A stretch of 64,000 nt of DNA from the human T2T-CHM13v2.0 reference genome, Homo sapiens: the NCBI RefSeq assembly GCF_009914755.1, contig NC_060943.1, one strand, 5' to 3'. A model generated the notes under the pieces. The model was given only the letters and a program-made list of their open reading frames with translations. It searched no databases and was not told the DNA's origin. Below, piece after piece: positions 53,601 to 64,000 of the stretch. The position numbers and the translations under genes are program-made. Within the stretch, counting starts at the first letter, position 1; every line of letters starts with the position of its first letter.

Positions 53601-56600
53601 ATGTGTGCGTTCAACTCACAGAGTTTAACCTTTCTTTTCATAGCGCAGTTGGGAAACACTCTGTTTGTAAAGTCTGCAAGTGGATATTCAGACATCCTTG
53701 AGGCTTTCGTTGGAAACGGGATTTCTTCATATTCTGCTAGAAAGAAGAATTCTCAGTAACTTCCTTGTGTTGTGTGTATTCAACTCACAGAGTTGAACGA
53801 TCCTTTACACAGAGCAGACTTGAAACACTCTTTTTGTGGAATTTGCAAGTGGAGATTTCAGCCGCTTTGAGGTCAATGGTAGAATAGGAAATATCTTCCT
53901 ATAGAAACTAGACAGAATGATTCTCAGAAACTCCTTTGTGATGTGTGCGTTCAACTCACAGAGTTTAACCTTTCTTTTCATAGAGCAGTTGGGAAACACT
54001 CTGTTTGTAAAGTCTGCAAGTGGATATTCAGACATCCTTGAGGCTTTCGTTGGAAACGGGATTTCTTCATATTCTGCTAGAAAGAAGAATTCTCAGTAAC
54101 TTCCTTGTGTTGTGTGTATTCAACTCACAGAGTTGAACGATCCTTTACACAGAGCAGACTTGAAACACTCTTCTTGCGGAATTTGCAAGTGGAGATTTCA
54201 GCCGCTTTGAGGTCAATGGTAGAATAGGAAATATCTTCCTATAGAAACTAGACAGAATGATTCTCAGAAACTCCTTTGTGATGTGTGCGTTCAACTCACA
54301 CAGTTTAACCTTTCTTTTCATAGAGCAGTTGGGAAACACTCTGTTTGTAAAGTCTGCAAGTGGATATTCAGACCTCCTTGAGGCCTTCGTTGGAAACGGG
54401 ATTTCTTCATATTATGCTAGACAGAAGAATTCTCAGTAACTTCCTTGTGTTGTGTGTATTCAACTCACAGAGTTGAACGATCCTTTACACAGAGCAGACT
54501 TGAAACACTCTTTTTGTGGAATTTGCAAGTGGAGATTTCAGCCGCTTTGAAGTCAATGGTAGAATAGGAAATATCTTCCTATAGAAACTAGACAGAATGA
54601 TTCTCAGAAACTCCTTTGTGATGTGTGCGTTCAACTCACACAGTTTAACCTTTCTTTTCATAGAGCAGTTAGGAAACACTCTGTTTGTAAAGTCTGCAAG
54701 TGGATATTCAGACCTCCTTGAGGCCTTCGTTGGAAACGGGATTTCTTCATATTATGCTAGACAGAAGAATTCTCAGTAACTTCCTTGTGTTGTGTGTATT
54801 CAACTCACAGAGTTGAACGATCCTTTACACACAGCAGACTTGAAACACTCTTTTTGTGGAATTTGCAAGTGGAGATTTCAGCCGCTTTGAGTTCAATGGT
54901 AGAATAGGAAATATCTTCCTATAGAAACTAGACAGAATGATTCTCAGAAACTCCTTTGTGATGTGTGCGTTCAACTCACAGAGTTCAACCTTTCTTTTCA
55001 TAGAGCAGTTGGGAAACACTCTGTTTGTAAAGTCTGCAAGTGGATATTCAGACTTCTTTGAGGCCTTCGTTGGAAGCGGGATTTCTTCATGTTCTGCTAG
55101 ACAGAAGAATTCTCAGAAACTTCCTTGTGTTGTGTGTTTTCAACTCACAGAGTTGAACGATCCTTTACACAGAGCAGACTTGAAACACTCCTTTTGTGGA
55201 ATTTGCAAGTGGAGATTTCAGCCGCTTTGAGGTCAATGGTAGAATAGGAAATATCTTCCTATAGAAAGTAGACAGAATGATTCTCAGAAACTCCTTTGTG
55301 ATGTGTGCGTTCAACTCACAGAGTTTAACCTTTCTTTTCATAGAGCAGTTAGGAAACACTCTGTTTGTAAAGTCTGCAAGTGGATATTCAGACCTCCTTG
55401 AGGCCTTCGTTGGAAACGGGATTTCTTCATATTATGCTAGACAGAAGAATTCTCAGTAACTTCCTTGTGTTGTGTGTATTCAACTCACAGAGTTGAACGA
55501 TCCTTTACACAGAGCAGACTTGAAACACTCTTTTTGTGGAATTTGCAAGTGGAGATTTCAGCCGCTTTGAGGTCAATGGTAGAATAGGAAATATCTTCCT
55601 ATAGAAACTAGACAGAATGATTCTCAGAAACTCCTTTGTGATGTGTGCGTTCAACTCACAGAGTTCAACCTTTCTTTTCATAGAGCAGTTGGAAAACACT
55701 CTGTTTGTAAAGTCTGCAAGTGGATATTCAAACTTCTTTGAGGCCTTCGTTGGAAGCGGGATTTCTTCATATTCTGCTAGACAGAAGAATTCTCAGTAAC
55801 TGCCTTGTGTTGTGTGTATTCAACTCACAGAGTTGAACGATCCTTTACACAGAGCAGACTTGAAACACTCCTTTTGTGGAATTTGCAAGTGGAGATTTCA
55901 GCTGCTTTGAGGTCAATGGTAGAATAGGAAATATCTTCCTATAGAAAGTAGACAGAATGATTCTCAGAAACTCCTTTGTGATGTGTGCGTTCAACTCACA
56001 GAGTTTAACCTTTCTTTTCATAGAGCAGTTAGGAAACACTCTGTTTGTAAAGTCTGCAAGTGGATATTCAGACCTCCTTGAGGCCTTCGTTGGAAACGGG
56101 ATTTCTTCATATTATGCTAGACAGAAGAATTCTCAGTAACTTCCTTGTGTTGTGTGTATTCAACTCACAGAGTTGAACGATCCTTTACACAGAGCAGACT
56201 TGAAACACTCTTTTTGTGGAATTTGCAAGTGGATATTTCAGCCGCTTTGAGGTCAATGGTAGAATAGGAAATATCTTCCTATAGAAACTAGACAGAATGA
56301 TTCTCAGAAACTCCTTTGTGATGTGTGCGTTCAACTCACAGAGTTCAACCTTTCTTTTCATAGAGCAGTTGGAAAACACTCTGTTTGTAAAGTCTGCAAG
56401 TGGATATTCAAACTTCTTTGAGGCCTTCGTTGGAAGCGGGATTTCTTCATATTCTGCTAGACAGAAGAATTCTCAGTAACTGCCTTGTGTTGTGTGTATT
56501 CAACTCACAGAGTTGAACGATCCTTTACACAGAGCAGACTTGAAACACTCTTTTTGTGGAATTTGCAAGTGGAGATTTCAGCCGCTTTGAGGTCAATGGT

Positions 56601-59600
56601 AGAATAGGAAATATCTTCCTATAGAAACTAGACAGAATGATTCTCAGAAACTCCTTTGTGATGTGTGCGTTCAACTGACAGAGTTTACCCTTTCTTTTCA
56701 TAGAGCAGTTAGGAAACACTCTGTTTGTAAAGTCTGCAAGTGGATATTCAGACATCCTTGAGGCTTTCGTTGGAAACGGGATTTCTTCATATTCTGCTAG
56801 AAAGAAGAATTCTCAGTAACTTCCTTGTGTTGTGTGTATTCAACTCACAGAGTTGAACGATCCTTTACACAGAGCAGACTTGAAACACTCTTTTTGTGGA
56901 ATTTGCAAGTGGAGATTTCAGCCGCTTTGAGGTCAATGGTAGAATAGGAAATATCTTCCTATAGAAACTAGACAGAATGATTCTCAGAAACTCCTTTGTG
57001 ATGTGTGCGTTCAACTCACACAGTTTAACCTTTCTTTTCATAGAGCAGTTAGGAAACACTCTGTTTGTAAAGTCTGCAAGTGGATATTCAGACCTCCTTG
57101 AGGCCTTCGTTGGAAACGGGATTTCTTCATATTATGCTAGACAGAAGAATTCTCAGTAACTTCCTTGTGTTGTGTGTATTCAACTCACAGAGTTGAACGA
57201 TCCTTTACACACAGCAGACTTGAAACACTCTTTTTGTGGAATTTGCAAGTGGAGATTTCAGCCGCTTTGAGTTCAATGGTAGAATAGGAAATATCTTCCT
57301 ATAGAAACTAGACAGAATGATTCTCAGAAACTCCTTTGTGATGTGTGCGTTCAACTCACAGAGTTCAACCTTTCTTTTCATAGAGCAGTTGGGAAACACT
57401 CTGTTTGTAAAGTCTGCAAGTGGATATTCAGACTTCTTTGAGGCCTTCGTTGGAAGCGGGATTTCTTCATGTTCTGCTAGACAGAAGAATTCTCAGAAAC
57501 TTCCTTGTGTTGTGTGTTTTCAACTCACAGAGTTGAACGATCCTTTACACAGAGCAGACTTGAAACACTCCTTTTGTGTAATTTGCAAGTGGAGATTTCA
57601 GCCGCTTTGAGGTCAATGGTAGAATAGGAAATATCTTCCTATAGAAAGTAGACAGAATGATTCTCAGAAACTCCTTTGTGATGTGTGCGTTCAACTCACA
57701 GAGTTTAACCTTTCTTTTCATAGAGCAGTTAGGAAACACTCTGTTTGTAAAGTCTGCAAGTGGATATTCAGACCTCCTTGAGGCCTTCGTTGGAAACGGG
57801 ATTTCTTCATATTATGCTAGACAGAAGAATTCTCAGTAACTTTCTTGTGTTGTGTGTATTCAACTCACAGAGTTGAACGATCCTTTACACAGAGCAGACT
57901 TGAAAAACTCTATTTGTGGAATTTGCAAGTGGAGATTTCAGCCGCTTTGAGGTCAATGGTAGAATAGGAAATATCTTCCTATAGAAACTAGACAGAATGA
58001 TTCTCAGAAACTCCTTTGTGATGTGTGCGTTCAACTCACAGAGTTCAACCTTTCTTTTCATAGAGTAGTTGGAAAACACTCTGTTTGTAAAGTCTGCAAG
58101 TGGATATTCAGACTTCTTTGAGGCCTTCGTTGGAAGCGGGATTTCTTCATATTCTGCTAGACAGAAGAATTCTCAGTAACTGCCTTGTGTTGTGTGTATT
58201 CAACTCACAGAGTTGAACGATCCTTTACACAGAGCAGACTTGAAACACTCTTTTTGTGGAATTTGCAAGTGGAGATTTCAGCCGCTTTGAGGTCAATGTT
58301 AGAATAGGAAATATCTTCCTATAGAAACTAGACAGAATGATTCTCAGAAACTCCTTTGTGATGTGTGCGTTCAACTCACAGAGTTTAACCTTTCTTTTCA
58401 TAGAGCAGTTAGGAAACACTCTGTTTGTAAAGTCTGCAAGTGGATATTCAGACATCCTTGAGGCTTTCGTTGGAAACGGGATTTCTTCATATTCTGCTAC
58501 AAAGAAGAATTCTCAGTAACTTCCTTGTGTTGTGTGTATTCAACTCACAGAGTTGAACGATCCTTTACACAGAGCAGACTTGAAACACTCTTTTTGTGGA
58601 ATTTGCAAGTGGAGATTTCAGCCGCTTTGAGGTCAATGGTAGAATAGGAAATATCTTCCTATAGAAACTAGACAGAATGATTCTCAGAAACTCCTTTGTG
58701 ATGTGCGCGTTCAACTCACAGAGTTTAACCTTTCTTTTCATAGAGCAGTTAGGAAACACTCTGTTTGTAAAGTCTGCAAGTGGATATTCAGACATCCTTG
58801 AGGCTTTCGTTGGAAACGGGATTTCTTCATATTCTGCTAGAAAGAAGAATTCTCAGTAACTTCCTTGTGTTGTGTGTATTCAACTCACAGAGTTGAACGA
58901 TCCTTTACACAGAGCAGACTTGAAACACTCTTTTTGTGGAATTTGCAAGTGGAGATTTCAGCCGCTTTGAGTTCAATGGTAGAATAGGAAATATCTTCCT
59001 ATAGAAACTAGACAGAATGATGCTCAGAAACTCCTTTGTGATGTGTGCGTTCAACTCACAGAGTTCAACCTTTCTTTTCATAGAGCAGTTGGGAAACACT
59101 CTGTTTGTAAAGTCTGCAAGTGGATATTCAGACTTCTTTGAGGCCTTCGTTGGAAGCGGGATTTCTTCATGTTCTGCTAGACAGAAGAATTCTCAGTAAC
59201 TGCCTTGTGTTGTGTGTATTCAACTCACAGAGGTGAACGATCCTTTACACAGAGCAGACTTGAAACACTCCTTTTGTGGAATTTGCAAGTGGAGATTTCA
59301 GCCGCTTTGAGGTCAATGGTAGAATAGGAAATATCTTCCTATAGAAACTAGACAGAATGATTCTCAGAAACTCCTTTGTGATGTGTGCGTTCAACTCACA
59401 GAGTTTAACCTTTCTTTTCATAGCGCAGTTGGGAAACACTCTGTTTGTAAAGTCTGCAAGTGGATATTCAGACATCCTTGAGGCTTTCGTTGGAAACGGG
59501 ATTTCTTCATATTCTGCTAGAAAGAAGAATTCTCAGTAACTTCCTTGTGTTGTGTGTATTCAACTCACAGAGTTGAACGATCCTTTACACAGAGCAGACT

Positions 59601-62600
59601 TGAAACACTCTTTTTGTGGAATTTGCAAGTGGAGATTTCAGCCGCTTTGAGGTCAATGGTAGAATAGGAAATATCTTCCTATAGAAACTAGACAGAATGA
59701 TTCTCAGAAACTCCTTTGTGATGTGTGCGTTCAACTCACAGAGTTTAACCTTTCTTTTCATAGAGCAGTTGGGAAACACTCTGTTTGTAAAGTCTGCAAG
59801 TGGATATTCAGACATCCTTGAGGCTTTCGTTGGAAACGGGATTTCTTCATATTCTGCTAGAAAGAAGAATTCTCAGTAACTTCCTTGTGTTGTGTGTATT
59901 CAACTCACAGAGTTGAACGATCCTTTACACAGAGCAGACTTGAAACACTCTTTTTGCGGAATTTGCAAGTGGAGATTTCAGCCGCTTTGAGGTCAATGGT
60001 AGAATAGGAAATATCTTCCTATAGAAACTAGACAGAATGATTCTCAGAAACTCCTTTGTGATGTGTGCGTTCAACTCACACAGTTTAACCTTTCTTTTCA
60101 TAGAGCAGTTGGGAAACACTCTGTTTGTAAAGTCTGCAAGTGGATATTCAGACCTCCTTGAGGCCTTCGTTGGAAAAGGGATTTCTTCATATTATGCTAG
60201 ACAGAAGAATTCTCAGTAACTTCCTTGTGTTGTGTGTATTCAACTCACAGAGTTGAACGATCCTTTACACAGAGCAGACTTGAAACACTCTTTTTGTGGA
60301 ATTTGCAAGTGGAGATTTCAGCCGCTTTGAAGTCAATGGTAGAATAGGAAATATCTTCCTATAGAAACTAGACAGAATGATTCTCAGAAACTCCTTTGTG
60401 ATGTGTGCGTTCAACTCACACAGTTTAACCTTTCTTTTCATAGAGCTGTTAGGAAACACTCTGTTTGTAAAGTCTGCAAGTGGATATTCAGACCTCCTTG
60501 AGGCCTTCGTTGGAAACGGGATTTCTTCATATTATGCTAGACAGAAGAATTCTCAGTAACTTCCTTGTGTTGTGTGTATTCAACTCACAGAGTTGAACGA
60601 TCCTTTACACACAGCAGACTTGAAACACTCTTTTTGTGGAATTTGCAAGTGGAGATTTCAGCCGCTTTGAGTTCAATGGTAGAATAGGAAATATCTTCCT
60701 ATAGAAACTAGACAGAATGATTCTCAGAAACTCCTTTGTGATGTGTGCGTTCAACTCACAGAGTTCAACCTTTCTTTTCATAGAGCAGTTTGGAAACACT
60801 CTGTTTGTAAAGTCTGCAAGTGGATATTCAGACTTCTTTGAGGCCTTCGTTGGAAGCGGGATTTCTTCATGTTCTGCTAGACAGAAGAATTCTCAGAAAC
60901 TTCCTTGTGTTGTGTGTTTTCAACTCACAGAGTTGAACGATCCTTTACACAGAGCAGACTTGAAACACTCCTTTTGTGGAATTTGCAAGTGGAGATTTCA
61001 GCCGCTTTGAGGTCAATGGTAGAATAGGAAATATCTTCCTATAGAAAGTAGACAGAATGATTCTCAGAAACTCCTTTGTGATGTGTGCGTTCAACTCACA
61101 GAGTTTAACCTTTCTTTTCATAGAGCAGTTAGGAAACACTCTGTTTGTAAAGTCTGCAAGTGGATATTCAGACCTCCTTGAGGCCTTCGTTGGAAACGGG
61201 ATTTCTTCATATTATGCTAGACAGAAGAATTCTCAGTAACTTCCTTGTGTTGTGTGTATTCAACTCACAGAGTTGAACGATCCTTTACACAGAGCAGACT
61301 TGAAACACTCTTTTTGTGGAATTTGCAAGTGGAGATTTCAGCCGCTTTGAGGTCAATGGTAGAATAGGAAATATCTTCCTATAGAAACTAGACAGAATGA
61401 TTCTCAGAAACTCCTTTGTGATGTGTGCGTTCAACTCACAGAGTTCAACCTTTCTTTTCATAGAGCAGTTGGAAAACACTCTGTTTGTAAAGTCTGCAAG
61501 TGGATATTCAAACTTCTTTGAGGCCTTCGTTGGAAGCGGGATATCTTCATATTCTGCTAGACAGAAGAATTCTCAGTAACTGCCTTGTGTTGTGTGTATT
61601 CAACTCACAGAGTTGAACGATCCTTTACACAGAGCAGACTTGAAACACTCTTTTTGTGGAATTTGCAAGTGGAGATTTCAGCCGCTTTGAGGTCAATGGT
61701 AGAATAGGAAATATCTTCCTATAGAAACTAGACAGAATGATTCTCAGAAACTCCTTTGTGATGTGTGCGTTCAACTCACAGAGTTTACCCTTTCTTTTCA
61801 TAGAGCAGTTAGGAAACACTCTGTTTGTAAAGTCTGCAAGTGGATATTCAGACATCCTTGAGGCTTTCGTTGGAAACGGGATTTCTTCATATTCTGCTAG
61901 AAAGAAGAATTCTCAGTAACTTCCTTGTGTTGTGTGTATTCAACTCACAGAGTTGAACGATCCTTTACACAGAGCAGACTTGAAACACTCTTTTTGTGGA
62001 ATTTGCAAGTGGAGATTTCAGCCGCTTTGAGGTCAATGGTAGAATAGGAAATATCTTCCTATAGAAACTAGACAGAATGATTCTCAGAAACTCCTTTGTG
62101 ATGTGCGCGTTCAACTCACAGAGTTTAACCTTTCTTTTCATAGAGCAGTTAGGAAACACTCTGTTTGTAAAGTCTGCAAGTGGATATTCAGACATCCTTG
62201 AGGCTTTCGTTGGAAACGGGATTTCTTCATATTCTGCTAGAAAGAAGAATTCTCAGTAACTTCCTTGTGTTGTGTGTATTCAACTCACAGAGTTGAACGA
62301 TCCTTTACACAGAGCAGACTTGAAACACTCTTTTTGTGGAATTTGCAAGTGGAGATTTCAGCCGCTTTGAGTTCAATGGTAGAATAGGAAATATCTTCCT
62401 ATAGAAACTAGACAGAATGATTCTCAGAAACTCCTTTGTGATGTGTGCGTTCAACTCACAGAGTTCAACCTTTCTTTTCATAGAGCAGTTGGGAAACACT
62501 CTGTTTGTAAAGTCTGCAAGTGGATATTCAGACTTCTTTGAGGCCTTCGTTGGAAGCGGGATTTCTTCATGTTCTGCTAGACAGAAGAATTCTCAGTAAC

Positions 62601-63000
62601 TGCCTTGTGTTGTGTGTATTCAACTCACAGAGTTGAACGATCCTTTACACAGAGCAGACTTGAAACACTCCTTTTGTGGAATTTGCAAGTGGAGATTTCA
62701 GCCGCTTTGAGGTCAATGGTAGAATAGGAAATATCTTCCTATAGAAACTAGACAGAATGATTCTCAGAAACTCCTTTGTGATGTGTGCGTTCAACTCACA
62801 GAGTTTAACCTTTCTTTTCATAGAGCAGTTAGGAAACACTCTGTTTGTAAAGTCTGCAAGTGGATATTCAGACATCCTTGAGGCTTTCGTTGGAAACGGG
62901 ATTTCTTCATATTCTGCTAGAAAGAAGAATTCTCAGTAACTTCCTTGTGTTGTGTGTATTCAACTCACAGAGTTGAACGATCCTTTACACAGAGCAGACT
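50700..63000 (+). repeat. Domain built on a ~10-dimer (3400-bp) unit, with a 17-dimer (5780-bp) duplication and a 2-dimer stutter
   Basis: Offset 5780: TTTCTTGTG 52061/57841, GCTAC 52720/58500, TAGCGCAG 53641/59421. Offset 3400: TGCGGA ~50777/54177 and GTGCGCG ~58706/62106. Offset 680: dimers 55277-55617 repeat at 55957-56297. Confidence 0.88.
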
Positions 63001-64000
63001 TGAAACACTCTTTTTGTGGAATTTGCAAGTGGAGATTTCAGCCGCTTTGAGGTCAATGGTAGAATAGGAAATATCTTCCTATAGAAACTAGACAGAATGA
63101 TTCTCAGAAACTCCTTTGTGATGTGTGCGTTCAACTCACAGAGTTTAACCTTTCTTTTCATAGAGCAGTTAGGAAACACTCTGTTTGTAAAGTCTGCAAG
63201 TGGATATTCAGACGTACTTGAGGCTTTCGTTGGAAACGGGATTTCTTCATATTCTGCTAGAAAGAAGAATTCTCAGTAACTTCCTTGTGTTGTGTGTATT
63301 CAACTCACAGAGTTGAACGATCCTTTACACAGAGCAGACTTGAAACACTCTTTTTGTGGAATTTGCAAGTGGAGATTTCAGCCGCTTTGAGGTCAATGGT
63401 AGAATAGGAAATATCTTCCTATAGAAACTAGACAGAATGATTCTCAGAAACTCCTTTGTGATGTGTGCGTTCAACTCACAGAGTTTAACCTTTCTTTTCA
63501 TAGAGCAGTTGGGAAACACTCTGTTTGTAAAGTCTGCAAGTGGATATTCAGACCTCCTTGAGGCTTTCGTTGGAAACGGGATTTCTTCATATTCTGCTAG
63601 AAAGAAGAATTCTCAGTAACTTCCTTGTGTTGTGTGTATTCAACTCACAGAGTTGAACGATCCTTTACACAGAGCAGACTTGAAACACCCTTTTTGTGGA
63701 ATTTGCAAGTGGAGATTTCAGCCGCTTTGAGTTCAATGGTAGAATAGGAAATATCTTCCTATAGAAACTAGACAGAATGATTCTCAGAAACTCCTTTGTG
63801 ATGTGTGCGTTCAACTCACAGAGTTCAACCTTTCTTTTCATAGAGCAGTTGGGAAACGCTCTGTTTGTAAAGTCTGCAAGTGGATATTCAGACTTCTTTG
63901 AGGCCTTCGTTGGAAGCGGGATTTCTTCATATTCTGCTAGACAGAAGAATTCTCAGTAACTGCCTTGTGTTGTGTGTATTCAACTCACAGAGTTGAACGA

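Larger units (their letters stand above)
1..64000 (+). repeat. Centromeric alpha-satellite array: ~188 tandem copies of a 340-bp SF1 (J1/J2) dimer, consistent with the active D1Z7/D5Z2/D19Z3 (S1C1/5/19H1L) array
   Basis: Seen: 340-bp periodicity across the window (ORF starts 212, 552, 892 ... 63777; net drift only -15 bp over 187 periods). Alphoid motifs ATTCTCAGAAACT, TTCAACTCACAGAGTT, GAAACACTCT and GCAAGTGGA are present, with a CENP-B box in every second monomer. Established: a 340-bp EcoRI dimer with this sequence is the SF1 Cen1-like dimer. The family assignment is from memory, not a search. Confidence 0.97.

Noticed and set aside
100-63959. Hundreds of 60-97 aa ORFs on both strands (MILRNSFVMCAF..., MFPNCSMKRK..., MSEYPLADF...)
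   Set aside because: They are translations of the satellite, recurring every 340 bp and overlapping on opposite strands. They are freely broken by stops and frameshifts and have no recognisable domain. The 90-97 aa versions come from a single TAA>AAA/GAA change.
1-64000. CRISPR-like array or diversity-generating cassette system
   Set aside because: There are no unique spacers and no cas, reverse transcriptase or recombinase genes. The whole unit repeats, and the variation is scattered SNVs explained by duplication and conversion.
1-64000. Transposon insertion (L1/Alu), inversion or non-alphoid island hidden in the array
   Set aside because: The dimer phase is accounted for to the base (15 bp of small deletions), and every CENP-B box is on the same strand. 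This leaves no room for inserted or inverted sequence.
1-64000. Assignment to a specific chromosome (1, 5 or 19) or to the CENP-A-bound core
   Set aside because: The dimer is shared by these centromeres and kinetochore position is epigenetic. Deciding needs alignment to T2T assemblies and chromatin data.
1-64000. Centromeric ncRNA gene or promoter
   Set aside because: Alpha satellite can be transcribed, but no discrete promoter, terminator or transcript boundary is identifiable from this sequence.

Overview
The whole 64 kb window is one uninterrupted head-to-tail array of primate (almost certainly human) centromeric alpha satellite. It contains about 188 copies of a 340-bp dimer: a 171-bp A-type monomer plus a 169-bp B-type monomer, with one EcoRI site and one CENP-B box per dimer. 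The sequence matches, from memory, the suprachromosomal family 1 'Cen1-like' dimer of the D1Z7/D5Z2/D19Z3 (S1C1/5/19H1L) active array; I cannot say which chromosome. I see no genes, transposon insertions, inversions or CRISPR arrays, and every ORF in the track is a by-product of the repeat. I found no new protein-coding system. The structure worth attention lies in the variants. There are three linked dimer haplotypes (F, I, L), whose order records nested tandem duplications of 2, 3, 5, 7, 10, 17, about 25 and 27 dimers that can be partly ordered in time. A 7-copy divergent 339-bp dimer, deletion-only indels, and CENP-B box losses confined to CpGs and to the AAAC-type box are also present. All counts come from manual reading plus the ORF track and need computational confirmation.
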